Origin: Octopus sinensis
Taxonomy: Eukaryota
Length of the DNA: 64,000 nucleotides
NCBI RefSeq assembly: GCF_006345805.1
Contig: NC_042997.1
Coordinates: forward strand, 175,894,001 to 175,958,000
Reading direction: 5' to 3'
Shown: in pieces, positions 12,081-24,244 of the stretch
Layout: the number at the start of each line of letters is the position of its first letter
Position numbering within the stretch: the stretch's first letter is position 1
Translations under genes and position numbers: made by a program
The notes under the pieces: generated by a model
What the model was told of the DNA's origin: nothing
Seen by the model: the letters and a program-made list of their open reading frames with translations, nothing else
Database searches by the model: none

Positions 12081-12641
12081 CTGTGAAGACAAATATTACT
12101 AACATCTCTTCTTAATATTCTAACAGAAGGAAAACTCTGGTTTGTATTATTGGCATTTAGGCCATATTTGGGACTAATCAATCAGAGGTGCTCAAATTGT
12201 GACCATCCCATCTCTAAGTATATCTATGGCTACAGTGTACTGATCTTTATTTAAGCTGGTACGGTGTGATATGAGGGAGATTTAGCTGCTATTTCTAACA
12301 AATTAAGTGATTGTAATGTAGTAGCACCCTTGTTGGCTCAGCTTAGAAAGAATTACTTGATATTTCAGTTCCCTACATATTGATGAAATGTAGCTAAGCA
12401 TACTGTTTGGTATGCTAACGAGTCTACCAATTCATCACCTTGATAATGATGATGATAGGAGGATGCTGACGATGATAAAAATAATGATATGTCCTGATGC
12501 AGTACCAGGCAGTGGCTTTCAAGGCTTTTGATCTTAACTGATTGGAAGTGTTATCATGTCCATTGATTTGTCTTGGTATAAAAGATGAGCTACAGCAAAT
12601 ATTCTGCTCCATACCACAGATTTGCTTGTCCTTTACTTGAC

Positions 12642-12764
12642 CTTAACCAGTTGAGCATGTCCTTTCGTGGCTGACGATATGTGCCATTTCTGATCATGAG
12701 CAGAAGTAGTGGGGGAGCATCATAGCCATGTGTTGAAAGTCTTTGGTATTTAAATAATTCACCT
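12642..12764 (-). CDS. Candidate exon of vWA-like domain (GELFKYQRLSTHGYDAPPLLLLMIRNGTYRQPRKDMLNWL)
   Basis: Inside a 70-codon open frame; APPLLLLMIRNG resembles vWA APKVVVLLTDG; phase-compatible with neighbours; splice sites weak (AG/GTCAAG). Confidence 0.4.
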
Positions 12765-13905
12765 CTGGAAACTTGGGTGTTTTGTTCATCATCCTTAAAC
12801 AAACCTTATTCAGGGACCTTTTGAGCAGGTTGGGCTACTCCTCCTGATGAAAATTCTAATTGGGCCCTTCCTGCAAAGTCATGCAGTGTTTATCTTGATA
12901 TAAGATCACCATATCATGCACATATGGTCATGATGCATGTGCCTGGTGTATCCTTATCAGACGGGTAGTAATGATGGGTATACTGGGCTTCGTATATTTT
13001 ACTCCAGTGTCACTTCGATGGCATGCACTGCTCTCTCACTCAATAATAATAATAATAATGGTTTCAAATTTTGCCACAAGGACAGCAGTTTTGGGGGAGA
13101 AGATGAGTCAATTACCACAGCTTTCACCAATCTCCTCACTTCATTTATTACCTCTGCTCCCTCTCCCACCATTGTAATTGTCATAATATATTATTGAAAC
13201 CTGTAGCTGCAGTGGAAATAAGAACACTTACCAAATGCTTTATAAAGAACAATTATACAAGTGGATCACTAAAGTTTCACATTTCTTGCTTTTAAGATGA
13301 CTGGTGATGTTATCTGTATTGGTTGTATTTATTGTGGGGCAATTACATAGATAAATTGGCACGACGATACTGCAATGCTCTCATGTAAAACAACACTAGT
13401 GGTTCAGAATTAAATTCACTTAAAAAAATAGTGGAGACACATTGCTTAGAGGTTAGGATGTTGAAGTCATGATTGTAAGATTGGAGTTTTGATTCTTGGA
13501 CCAGGCAATTCATTGTACAAAATTCATTGGGCAAAACACTTCATTTCATGTTGCTCCTGTCCACTCAGCTGCTAAAAATGAGTAATCCTATGACAGATTG
13601 GCATCCCATCCAGAGTGGAATATATATATATATATATATAGATTTCGTTATTTTCTTTCTTTTTACCATATACGGGTTACAAATTCTGTTTGTTTGTGGA
13701 GACTTTTTTTAGTAGTAGGAGAAATAGCGATCAATTTGGCTGCTATTTCAAATATTTTCGGTATGTGGTTTTGAGCAACTTGTTGCAATTAACCCTTTAT
13801 TACAATTAATATAATTCTTACCAAATATGGTCTTTTCCATACCGATAAATCTACTAGGTGAAATTTATTAATTTTATTAAATTAATTACATTTCACCCTT
13901 TTTTG

Positions 13906-13936
<31 letters not shown>

Positions 13937-14121
13937 TTTATAATTAGGGTTCAGCAAAGATTTGCTTTACCACATACCGAAGTTTAGAAATAGCAGCCAA
14001 AAAACTTAGCTATTTCTTCTACTTTAAAAAGGGACTCCCAGAAGAAATAGCTAAGGTTTTTTGGCTGCTATTTCTAAACTTCGGTATGTGGTAAAGCAAA
14101 TCTTTGCTGAACCCTAATTAT
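13937..14121. repeat. Near-perfect palindrome, ~83-bp arms, 19-nt spacer
   Basis: TTATAATTAGGGTTCAGC...CTATTTCTTCT mirrored by AGAAGAAATAG...GCTGAACCCTAATTATAA with one indel. Confidence 0.95.
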
Positions 14122-14224
14122 AAAGTATTACTTAAGTTTACCGTGAAATGGTCTTTTTCATGCCGAATTCTACTTGGTGAAATTATTGATTACTTCTTAA
14201 TTAATTAATTTTACCCTTTGTTAT

Positions 14225-14255
<31 letters not shown>

Positions 14256-14340
14256 CATCATCATCATCGTTTAACGTCCGTTCTCCATGCTACCAGGGAA
14301 ACCAAGAAACTAGCCCTCATGGAGTTATGTGAATTAACCA

Positions 14341-14790
14341 ATTCTTTTTACTTGTTTTGGTCACTTTACTATAGTCATGCTGGAGCACCACCTTTAATGG
14401 GCTTTAATCGAAGAAATAGACCCCAAGACTTATTCTTTGTGAGCTTAGTGCTTATTCTGTTGAGCTCTTTTGCAAAACTGCTAAGTTATGGGGATGTAAA
14501 CACACCAACATCGGTTGTCAAGCGATGGTGAGGGAACAAACACAGATACAAAGACACACAAATATATATATATATATATATATATATCCACACACACACA
14601 CACACACACACAAACGCTTATTTACACATACACATGACGGGCTTCTTTCAATTTCCATCTACCAAATCCACTCAGAGAGCTTTGATTGGCTTGAGACTAT
14701 AGTAGAAGTCACTTGCTCAAGATGCCATGCAGAGGGATTGAACCTGGAACCATGTGGTTGGGTAGCAAACTTCTTACCACACAGCCATGT
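14341..14790 (-). mobile_element. SINE family A, diverged
   Basis: Diagnostic blocks with many CpG-decay changes. Confidence 0.85.
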
Positions 14791-14889
14791 CTGCACCAAT
14801 AAATCTATTTTCTATCTTATAGACAGGAAGGAAAGTTATCTGGACCTGAGAGACTGGGGGGGGGGGAAGAAGGTATCTTCAAACCTCAC

Positions 14890-15001
14890 CTTAGTCGAGA
14901 TTGTGCTGTCTCTTGGTTTTGAAATAACTGTGTGATCTCTGCATATTTCTCAGATGATTTTATTGCATGGTTTTTAGTTTTTGTCACATAAATGAATGAA
15001 A
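14890..15001 (-). CDS. Candidate exon of vWA-like model (SFIYVTKTKNHAIKSSEKYAEITQLFQNQETAQSRL)
   Basis: Good donor AAG/GTGAGG, open frame, phase-2 end joins 12642-12764; acceptor weak. Confidence 0.3.
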
Positions 15002-15485
15002 CTGAATTACCTAAAATTCTTCATCAGCATTTTAATGTCCACTTTTCCATGCTTGCATGACAGATGGAATTCATCAATACAGATTTCCTATGGCTCGGTG
15101 CTGTTCATGTTGCCAACCCTCACCTGTTTTTAAGCAAAGTAATATTTTCCCATGGCCAGACATATTTTTCATGTAAAACAAGCAAACCTCACTTGAATGA
15201 TTATGACACTCATTATAATGTCATAATAATGACACTCAATTATGGCCACTACAAGATGTCTATGCAAGGGCATGCATACAGACACACACATGTAGGGCTT
15301 TTTTTAGTTTCCATCTACCACATTCATTCACAAGGCTTTGGTTGACCTGGTGCTATAGTAGAAGACACTTTCCCAAGGTGCCATGCAATGGGACTGAACC
15401 CAAGATCACGTGGTTGGAAAGCAAATTTCTTCATCACACAGCCACTATGCCTATGTCAGTTTACAAAAAAAAATTGAAATAAATA

Positions 15486-16790
15486 TAGGCGTATATGTGG
15501 TCATGTGGTAAGAAGCTTGCTTCCATGCCACATGGTTCTGGGTTCAGTCCCACTGCATGGCACTTGGGTAAGTGTTTTCTACTATAGCCTCAGGCTAACT
15601 AAAGCCTTTAGAGTAGATTTAGTAGACAGAAACTGAAAGAAGCCCATCATATATATATTGGGTCATCCCATAAATAATGTGGTATTTTTATACTTTTTAT
15701 TTTTCAAAATTAAAATGAACAAAGTTCTCTTTTAATCTAAAATGTATTCTCCATTTTCTACAATGTTCTTCCATCTATCTGGTAGACTTGCAAGGCCCCT
15801 TTTCCAAAATTCACTTGTCTGTGACAAAAAATACTCCTCCAGTACTGTTCTGACCTGTTCTACAGAATTCATATTTTTTTTCTGTCTAAATGATTTTGAA
15901 GACTGCGGAATAAAAGATAATCTGATGGGGCAATGTTTGGCAAATATGGTGGGTGGGGCATCGTTTCTCATTCAAACTGCTCCAGCTTTTAGAATGTCAT
16001 CCTTGCAGTATGTGGCCGGGCATTATCCTGATGGAAGAATGCCTTTCATCTTGAAACCAAAGCTGGTTGTTTACCAATGGCACACAGATGTTGATGAATG
16101 GTTGAATGACCAAATCCAAGCTTCTCTGCAAGTTCTTCAACAGTTATGATGAGATTTTGTTCCACCAGGGTTTGCAGAATGTCCTCATCAAGCTCTTTAG
16201 ATCTTCCAGGACAAGGCTCATCGTATAGGCTGTAGTTTCTGACTTGGAATTTCTGGAAACACCATTGACACTGACTTACACTTATCATCCAATTCCTATA
16301 TACTGCATTAATATTCCTCACACTTGTCTATATTGAACTCACAAAACAAAATATGCCAAATATACTCTTTTGTCACTTCCATTATAACTTTAAAAAAAAT
16401 AACTGTTAAAATCGAACTGCACTCTTCAAAATTTGCACAAGGTAAAATTACTGCCTGCTTTTATAGCAAGTTGATGCAGGTAGTTTATCCCATCCCCTTC
16501 CAACTTTTAGTTCATGCAATTGAAAAAGCTGCTTTATTTATGGGATGACCCAATGAAATATATATATATATATATACACACCTATGTGTATGTGTCTTTG
16601 TTTATCCCCCCCTTCACCGTTTGACAACCAGTGTTGGTGTGATTACATCCCTGCAACTTAACAGTTCAGCAAAAGAAGTACTAGGCTTTAGAAATAAGTC
16701 CTGGGATCGATTTGTTCAACTTGTACCCCTTCAAGGTGGTGCTCCAGCATGGTCACAATCAAATGACTGAAACTAGTTGAAGAATAAAGA
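15486..16790 (+). mobile_element. SINE family A split by the mariner at its central (TA)n
   Basis: 5' half 15486-15657 and 3' half 16554-16790 are colinear with the consensus. Confidence 0.8.
15658..16553 (-). mobile_element. Internally deleted mariner (DD34D-type) transposon, pseudogenised
   Basis: 20-bp TIR TTGGGTCATCCCATAAATAA, TA flank; HTH region DEPCPGR...EELAEKLG, then FHQDNARPH, HPPYLPNIAPSDY and C-terminal FWKRGLASLPDRWKNIVENGEY; stops present. Confidence 0.92.
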
Positions 16791-17138
16791 ATCGCCTAAT
16801 TAGCAAGTCTTTAATTACCATCATTCTACTCTTACCAATCATGTTTCACTGACATTTATTGTAATGATGTCAATCCTTCTGACTTAACCATGAACCAGTC
16901 CAACAAAATTGAGTGCTATTTTGTCTTATGCCATGTCTTCACCATCAGACAGTTACAAACCTGTTTCCAATTGTTGGAAACAAGTTTATGTCCTGTGTTT
17001 CACATGTGATACACAGAACAGGCAAAAGGTTAAAAACAAAAAAGTAAAGAGTTTTTCCATCAAATTTTGTGACCTAATTCTCATTACTAGTTTTAACTAC
17101 AAAGCTTAATTTACATTGGTAATATATTTATGCTATAA

Positions 17139-17470
17139 ATCATCATCGTTTAACGTCCGCTTTCCATGCTGGCATGGGTTGGACGGTTCAACTGGGGTCT
17201 GGGAAGCCAGAAGGCTGCACCAGGCCCAGTCTGATCTGGCAGTGTTTCTACAGCTAGATGCCCTTCCTAACGCCAACCACTGCATGAGTGTAGTGGGTGC
17301 TTTTTACATGCCACTGGCACAGGTGCCAGACGAGGCTGGCAAATGGCCACGATAGGATGGTGCTTTTTATGTGCCACCGGCACGGGGACCAGACAAAGCT
17401 GGCAACAGTCACGGTCGGATGGTGCTTTTTACGTGCCACCGGCACTGGCTACGGCCACGTTCGGATGGTT
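17139..17470 (-). mobile_element. SINE family D ((GAT)n tail, 3' hairpin CCATGC-TA/TG-GCATGG) with ~62-bp internal tandem repeats
   Basis: CATCATCATCGTTTAACGTCCGCTTTCCATGCTGGCATGGGTTGG; three GTGCTTTT(T)A..TGCCAC repeats; copies at ~1470, 28735, 41750, 49078, 50199, 53320. Confidence 0.85.
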
Positions 17471-18174
17471 CTCATACGTATCTGTATCCAACTGGAGCTT
17501 TCTTTGTTTTGATGTCCACTTTTCCATAATCACATGGATCAGACAGAATTCATTAAGGCACATTTTCTTTAGCTGGATGCCCTTTCTGTCACCAACCCTC
17601 ACTTGTTTTCTAAGTGAGGTAATATTTCCCCCCCCGGTTGGAAATGTTTACTCCAGAAATTGAAAATGAAAGCCCCAAGTGGTTAGAAAATGTCAGCAGA
17701 ATTGCACCCAGGAGTCATGACCTGGATGCAGCCTGGCTGTCAACATGCTCAATGTAGAAGTTCTATACCATATTGTGAGAGCAAAATTAGACAAAGAGAA
17801 GAATGTTTTAACAGACATTTCCATCATTTTCTGTTTATCATAATAATTTTAATGTTTGTTTTTTCACGCTTGCATGGATTCAGTAGGTCTGCAACATAGC
17901 ACACTGTTACTGCTATTGATCGTTTCATATTCTCTGTTGACATCCAATTATGCTGAGACTCAATCTAATTACTTCCTCCCACATTTTACTTTTGTCTCTT
18001 GAGTTGACATAGGAATGATTTGAGATACATAGTAATACACACTTGCCTTATGTATGCATGTATGTATGTGTGTGTATAAGTGTGTGTGTGTGTATATGTG
18101 TGTGTATATGTGTGTGTATGTGTGTGTATGTATATATGTGTGTGTGTATGTGTGTGTGTGTGTATATATGTATA

Positions 18175-18207
<33 letters not shown>

Positions 18208-18311
18208 GTATAAAACCATATTAAGGGTTAGCTTTTGGACTTTTTGATCGTATCCCTAATGTCCTGTCATTTACAATATACATTATTGATCGACCAAAAA
18301 ATTTACATAAC

Positions 18312-18365
18312 ATAATTTGTTAATCTTTCTTAGAATCAGCGAGAAGTTGGTCGGTGGCACAATTT
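18312..18365 (-). CDS. Candidate exon of vWA-like model (EIVPPTNFSLILRKINKL); conflicts with a plus-strand candidate
   Basis: Resembles vWA helix 1 (S-I-G-x-x-N-F); donor GTTATG weak. Confidence 0.25.
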
Positions 18366-18430
18366 CTGTTGCAAGATATTGATCACTGTTTCATGAGAAA
18401 GCATAACAGGGACTTGTCAATTGAAACAAA
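18334..18430 (+). CDS. Alternative candidate exon (xSARSWSVAQFLLQDIDHCFMRKHNRDLSIET)
   Basis: Strong acceptor TTAATCTTTCTTAG, donor GTATTT, joins in phase to 19284-19314. Confidence 0.3.
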
Positions 18431-18517
18431 GTATTTTTAATTACTTTTTCTTCTATGCCTTCATACTAACATGAAATAGGGTTATCCAGTTGTGACTGTA
18501 CAGCTGTAGTAGCATTA

Positions 18518-18736
18518 CTCTTTACTCTTTTACTTGTTTCAGTCATTTGACTGTGGCCATGCTGGAGCACCGCCTTTAGTCGAGCAAATCAACCCCGGGA
18601 CTTATTCTTTGTAAGCCCAGTAATTATTCTATCGGTCTCTGTTGCCGAACCGCTTAGTGATGGGGACGTAAACACACCAGCATCAGTTGTCAAGCAATGC
18701 TAGGGGACAAACACAGACACAAACATATACACACAC

Positions 18737-18767
<31 letters not shown>

Positions 18768-18940
18768 CATATATACGACAGGTTTCTTTCAGTTTCCATC
18801 TACCAAATCCATTCACAAGGCATTGGTCGTCCTGAGGCTATAGCAGAAGACACTTGCCCAAGATGCCATGCAGTGGGACTGAACCCAGAACCATGTGGTT
18901 GGTAAGCAAGCTACTTACCACAAAGCCACTCCTGCGCCTA
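18518..18940 (-). mobile_element. SINE family A
   Basis: Diagnostic blocks. Confidence 0.9.
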
Positions 18941-19283
18941 TTAAATTTTCTTTCTTTTGTTTTGCATGCGTGTGTGTGTGTGTGTGTGTGTGATACATAA
19001 TATCTATCAGAGTATGTATGTCAATTGCAACACCCTTTATCTTTTCACAATGAATAAACTGTTCACTTGAAAAACCAAAATCTGATTAAGCCAGTGAGAA
19101 ACCTCTGTCTGTGAGAATGAACCTTTTTTTTTTTTTTCCTCACCAGTGCATTAAAATTTTAATTTCCTAAATATACTTAAGATTGTGACTTGAAAATTTT
19201 GCTGCCATTTCCAGAGCAGGGCAAGTAATGAAGTACACACTACTTCATTAACACTTCCTTTCCTATTCTTATTTACTCTGCAG

Positions 19284-19314
19284 ACGTCAAGCTGCTAAAG
19301 CTAAGCTGAATTAG
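19284..19314 (+). CDS. Candidate terminal exon (xRQAAKAKLN*)
   Basis: Textbook acceptor TTCTTATTTACTCTGCAG; phase-compatible with 18334-18430. Confidence 0.3.
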
Positions 19315-19554
19315 TGCAACCTGTCTGAGAGAGCCTGCAAAAGCTTGATCATTGCTCCTTAACACTTTGCCCACCCAAAGCATTTTCATAAGTTTATCCT
19401 AAGTATACATGCTTGTTTTTAAACCTTAAGCTAGCCTTAGTTTCATGTTTTGAGTGATATAAAGCTTTCTTGTTATAAGTTCCAATTTACTCTAATGATT
19501 TTAAAAATTGGGAATTTGCATCATACATGATGCATGGAAGTCAGGGAAATATGT

Positions 19555-19842
19555 GATGTGGAGGCACATGGCCTAGTGGTTAGGGCAGCGGACTTGCGGT
19601 TGAGGGATCACGGGTTCGAATCTCAGATGTGCGAAAAACCTAAGCTCTACGCGGCTCTGGCAGAATGTAATGGCGAACTTCTGCTGACTCTTTCGCCACA
19701 ACTTTCTCTCACTCTTTCCTCCTGCATCTTGCAGCTCACCTGCGACAGACCGGTGTCCCGTCCAGGTGGGGAACCTATACGCCAAGGAAACCGGGAAACC
19801 GGCCCTTATGAGCCAGGCATGGCTCGAGAAGGAACAAACAAA
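19555..19842 (+). mobile_element. SINE B-related element with 12-bp target-site duplication
   Basis: AGGGAAATATGT at 19543-19554 and 19843-19854; tRNA-like head GGCCTAGTGGTTAGG...GGTTCGAATCTC. Confidence 0.85.
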
Positions 19843-20145
19843 AGGGAAATATGTCTTGTGTATCACATGTGATACGTAGGGCAGGCAAAAGGTTAAAAAC
19901 AAAAAAGTAAAGAGAAGTTTTTCCATCAAATTTTGTGACCTAATTTTTATTACTAGTTTTAACCACAAAGCTTAATTTATATTGGTAATATATTTATGCT
20001 ATAAATCTAAAATACTATTTCCCTTAAGGTGTGGAAATATTGATATTTCACTACGTACTTAAATTTTTAAATGGTTATGTAGTTTCTCTTCCTCCTTTCC
20101 TTTCTTTCTTCAATTGAAAAAAGTATAGATATGTTAAGAGGAATG

Positions 20146-20191
<46 letters not shown>

Positions 20192-20389
20192 GTTTGAGAA
20201 ATGTAGGAGATTAACTGTGATGATTCAAAGATTACCCAGAGAAGGTTATAGATCCAGAGATTATATTAGTAACTCATTGTTGTTTTAGGTCATTAATTAT
20301 CTCTTTCATTACTGCAATCCCAAGGTTTAGGAGTCATGGTGATTGTTTGTTTGTGTGTGTTTGTGTATTTGCATGGCTCGGTATGTTTG

Positions 20390-20425
<36 letters not shown>

Positions 20426-20426
20426 A

Positions 20427-20834
20427 TCTTTATATATAAAAGTCAAGTTGTGTGTCTGTCTCCTACGATTTAGATTCCTAACTACTCCCACATTTTGCGG
20501 TGCATTTTAACCAAAACCGGGTATCTTATAGTCGTGATTCATATCGAGCCCTTCTGGGTATTAGCGCGCGTCTACGATGAGTCTACGATTTTAAAAATAA
20601 TTTACCATCATTTTTTCCATTTTAATGCATTTTTACTCGGTTTTATATATATATATATAAGGGAAGTAACTCTCTAAAAATGTCTACGATGATTCAACGA
20701 TTTAAAAAAAAATTTACCATCGTTTTTTTTCCATTTTTAATGCATCTTTTTGCTATTTTTTGGCTATAACTCTCTAAAAATGCTTTATAGTTATTTCCCT
20801 TACAAACCCGAGCAACGCCGGATGATACTGCTAG
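20427..20834 (+). mobile_element. Non-autonomous Helitron, second copy
   Basis: A|TC start, CTAG|T end, hairpin CCCGAGCAACGCCGG. Confidence 0.8.
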
Positions 20835-21169
20835 TATCATATTGCTAGTATCATACTGCTAGTATCATATGATACTGCTAGTATCATATAAAATAAATCT
20901 CATTTTTATGTTTACTTTTCCTTATATGAATGAGTTGGACAGATCCTTTCTAATACAGCATCTCGCCATTTAAAAGACTATTGTAAAATACTTGAAACAT
21001 TGTAATGTGTAAATACTATAAATATTAGAAAAAAAATCTTTAAGCAATGCAGGTGAGAACTTGGGCAGGATATGTACCATACTGCCAACAAGTAAAAACA
21101 AAAACATCATGTTATATTACCTTCTATTATATTTGGGGAAAGATTTCCCTTATCAAATATATTGACTCA

Positions 21170-21486
21170 CTGGCACTTTGTCAGTTACGATGTCATGGGT
21201 TCTAGTTGATCCAGTCAATCGAACAACCTTCTCATGAAATTAACGTGCATGTGGCTGAGCTACAAACACATGTACCGTTAATGTAGCTTTCAGGTAGATT
21301 CAGCACGATACGGTATGAGAAGGCTGGCCCTTTGAAATATAGGTACTGCTCATTTTTGCCAGCTGAGTGGACTGGAACAATGTGAAATAGTCTTGCTTGA
21401 GGACCCAACACATCACCAGGAATTGACTTCACGACCTTTCATTCATGAGCCAAATGCCCTAACCACTAAGTCATGTGCATTCACCT
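21170..21486 (-). mobile_element. SINE family B, diverged
   Basis: Reverse-complement similarity to 1021-1331. Confidence 0.7.
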
Positions 21487-21980
21487 ATCAAATATAAGAA
21501 AGAAAATAATCCCAGAGTTCAAGAGAAAAAGTGTTGCTATTGGCAGACCAGTCTAGGGTGTTGTAATGAAAAGCATTGATGAATTGAATACTTGGGTCTT
21601 GTCCCACTGTGTGAAAGCTTTATATTAATCTGATTTATTTGCATTCAATAATGTATCCTTGCCATGCATTACATGTTATATATTTGTACAAGAGACCAAC
21701 ACTGATATATATGTATATGTTTTTCTGTGCAGGTGCACTGATATACTTATGTTTATTTGCATATATTATTTTATTTGTGGCTACAGTATTTGTAATTCTA
21801 AAATTTTCATTGATGAAAACTTTAACTGACTTCAACTCCTTATTCCATAAACAGCATACTTTGAGAATTTCCTTGCAGTTTGACAACTATCTTTGTCATT
21901 TAGCTGAACATTTTGAAGGTCAGGAATATATTTGCATATATATATATTTAAATATCTATAAATACACACACGTGTGTGTG

Positions 21981-22014
<34 letters not shown>

Positions 22015-22042
22015 TATACATACATACATACATACATACATA

Positions 22043-23690
22043 CAGGGAGACATCAGCTTAAGTCGTTTATAATATATGGGAAATTAAGTCGTTTTACTTG
22101 ACTTTACATCGGTCTGCTAATATTGGAATCATAAAAATACTAAAATACATTAAAAGCACATACAATCATGCTACAATAAGATAAGAATAAAAGCATATAA
22201 AATCATATTAAAATACAGTAAATGTATACACCATAAAGTAGTGTAGCCTAGTTCACTAAAGCATGAAATCAGCTGTGTTGTCTTATTTATCTGTCTTTCG
22301 GAGCTCATATTGCACTGGTAGTTCCAATATCTACCATTAGGCATCATCGTGATTCCTGCAATTGTTTTGAATTCAGATTCTCTCATTTACATTCACTTGT
22401 AACTTTAATTTTTGCCTCCATGCTCCTAAGAAATATCCTGGTGAAAGTGCTAAGTATCATGTTATAATGCAGGAAGATAAGTTGGCGATGATAAAACATC
22501 ATGATAAAGGTGGAAAAGCTGTAGCAATTGTACGATCTTTTGGGGTGAGTCAGACAACTGTATTGACGAATGTGCATAATAAGGACAAAATTTTAACACA
22601 TATCACATCTGAAGCCCCAGGGATGAAGAATACTGTCTTTTTGAAGAAATGGAAAATCTTCTATCCATTTAGATTGATAGGCAGAAATATCAGAATGCTA
22701 CTCTTAGTCAATAGATTGTTCAGCAGAAAGTGTTGTCTTTAAGGACCTGAAGAAAAAATATCCAGATGAGAAAGATGTGGAGTTCAAGGCAAGTCAAGGA
22801 TGATTTATGAGATTTAAAAACCAGAGAAGTTATCACTTCCTTAAGAAATAAGGTGAAAGAGCATCAGCTGATGAACGTGCAGCAGTGAAATTTCCTGCAA
22901 CATTGAAGAGCATCAAAGAAAACAAGCAACAAAATCAAGAAGAGCAAGTCGAACCTGAGCCATGCCACTTTACCATTAAGAGAATGCAGCAAGCATTTGC
23001 ACACATCAAAAAAGATCTTGCTATGTTTGAAGATATGGATCCAAATGCTCAACACTTTTCCAAGATTATGGAGGCTTATCATGAAGCTTTTGCTCCTTAT
23101 GTAATCCTTAACGAAAAGAAGACAGTTCAAGGCACTCTTGACTAATTCATTAAATGCATCAAATGACAAAAACTACCAGAATCAGCTGATGATGTTGACG
23201 TTGACAATCCTCAGCCATCTACATCTACAATGTAAACATCACCAAATTTTACATATTGGTATATTTAGAATACTTTTTTTATTTTTTTTTACTTTATCCC
23301 AAAATAATAATTATTTGTTTATAAACTTAAAATAGGTTGTTATTAACTGTATCATATTGTAAATGCATTCATAAAGTACAGCACTGGGAATGGCTATTAG
23401 CGATGTAAACACCACCAAATTGTACGTAATAGTAAATTTAAAATACTTCAGTTTTTTTTTGTTTTTACTGTATTACAAAATGATAAATACATTTGTTTAT
23501 AAACTTAAAATAGGATTTTATTAACCATGCCTTATCAAAGATACATTCATAAATAAAGTACAGCACTGAGGAATGGCTATTTAGATGTTTAGGCTAGGCC
23601 AGGCCTAGCCTAGCCTAGCCTATAGACAAGCAACTTGACTTCAGTCATATCTCTTGGAACCAGTTAACAACTTAGGGTGAGGTGTACTTG
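22043..23690 (+). mobile_element. Internally deleted Tigger/pogo (CENP-B-like) transposon
   Basis: TA flanks; imperfect 24-bp TIRs (17/24); HTH region KLAMIKHHDKGG..IVRSFGVSQTTV, FKASQG*FMRFK, GERASADERAAVKFP, C-terminal KKTVQGTLD. Confidence 0.88.
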
Positions 23691-23697
23691 TAGATAG

Positions 23698-23782
<85 letters not shown>

Positions 23783-24244
23783 AAGGGGTTTGTATGATTG
23801 TGTATAGAGGGATATATATTATTCAAAGAAATTCCAACTCTGTCTGTTTTGTATGTTTTATTTATATTCTTTATAATATTAATGTAGAATATATAGTATA
23901 AATAATATATATATATAGTAAAATGAATAGATGAAATAATCAATATCAAATATTAAGGGACTAGTATACTTTCTTGCATTAAAGCAGTCTTCAAGGTCCC
24001 AGGTCGTGACAGGAGTGTTATATGTGTGTGTGTGTGTGTGTGTATGTGTGTGTGTGTATATATATACACACACACATATATGTGTGTGTATGTATGAATG
24101 TGTATATATATATATATATTTAATTCGAAGATATGTTAACCATGTGAAGGGATGGTTGCATCCAAGGAAATATTGGTTCAATACCTAGAATTGTTGAGAA
24201 TGAAACTCCCTTAAAACAATAGGCATGTAGTTTATATCCAGTTA

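Noticed and set aside
14120-14185. Possible hammerhead on minus in the 14040-14225 repeat (GACC...GGT-AAAC-TTAA-GT)
   Set aside because: No CUGANGA or GAAA core in either copy
17290-17470. Regularly spaced ~20-bp repeats resembling a CRISPR array
   Set aside because: Spacers are homologous to each other (~62-bp tandem unit inside SINE D); eukaryotic context; no cas genes
18334-18382. Frame reading ISEKLVG, like retinol-dehydrogenase C-termini
   Set aside because: Only 6 residues; no upstream SDR exons (TGxxxGxG, YxxxK) found
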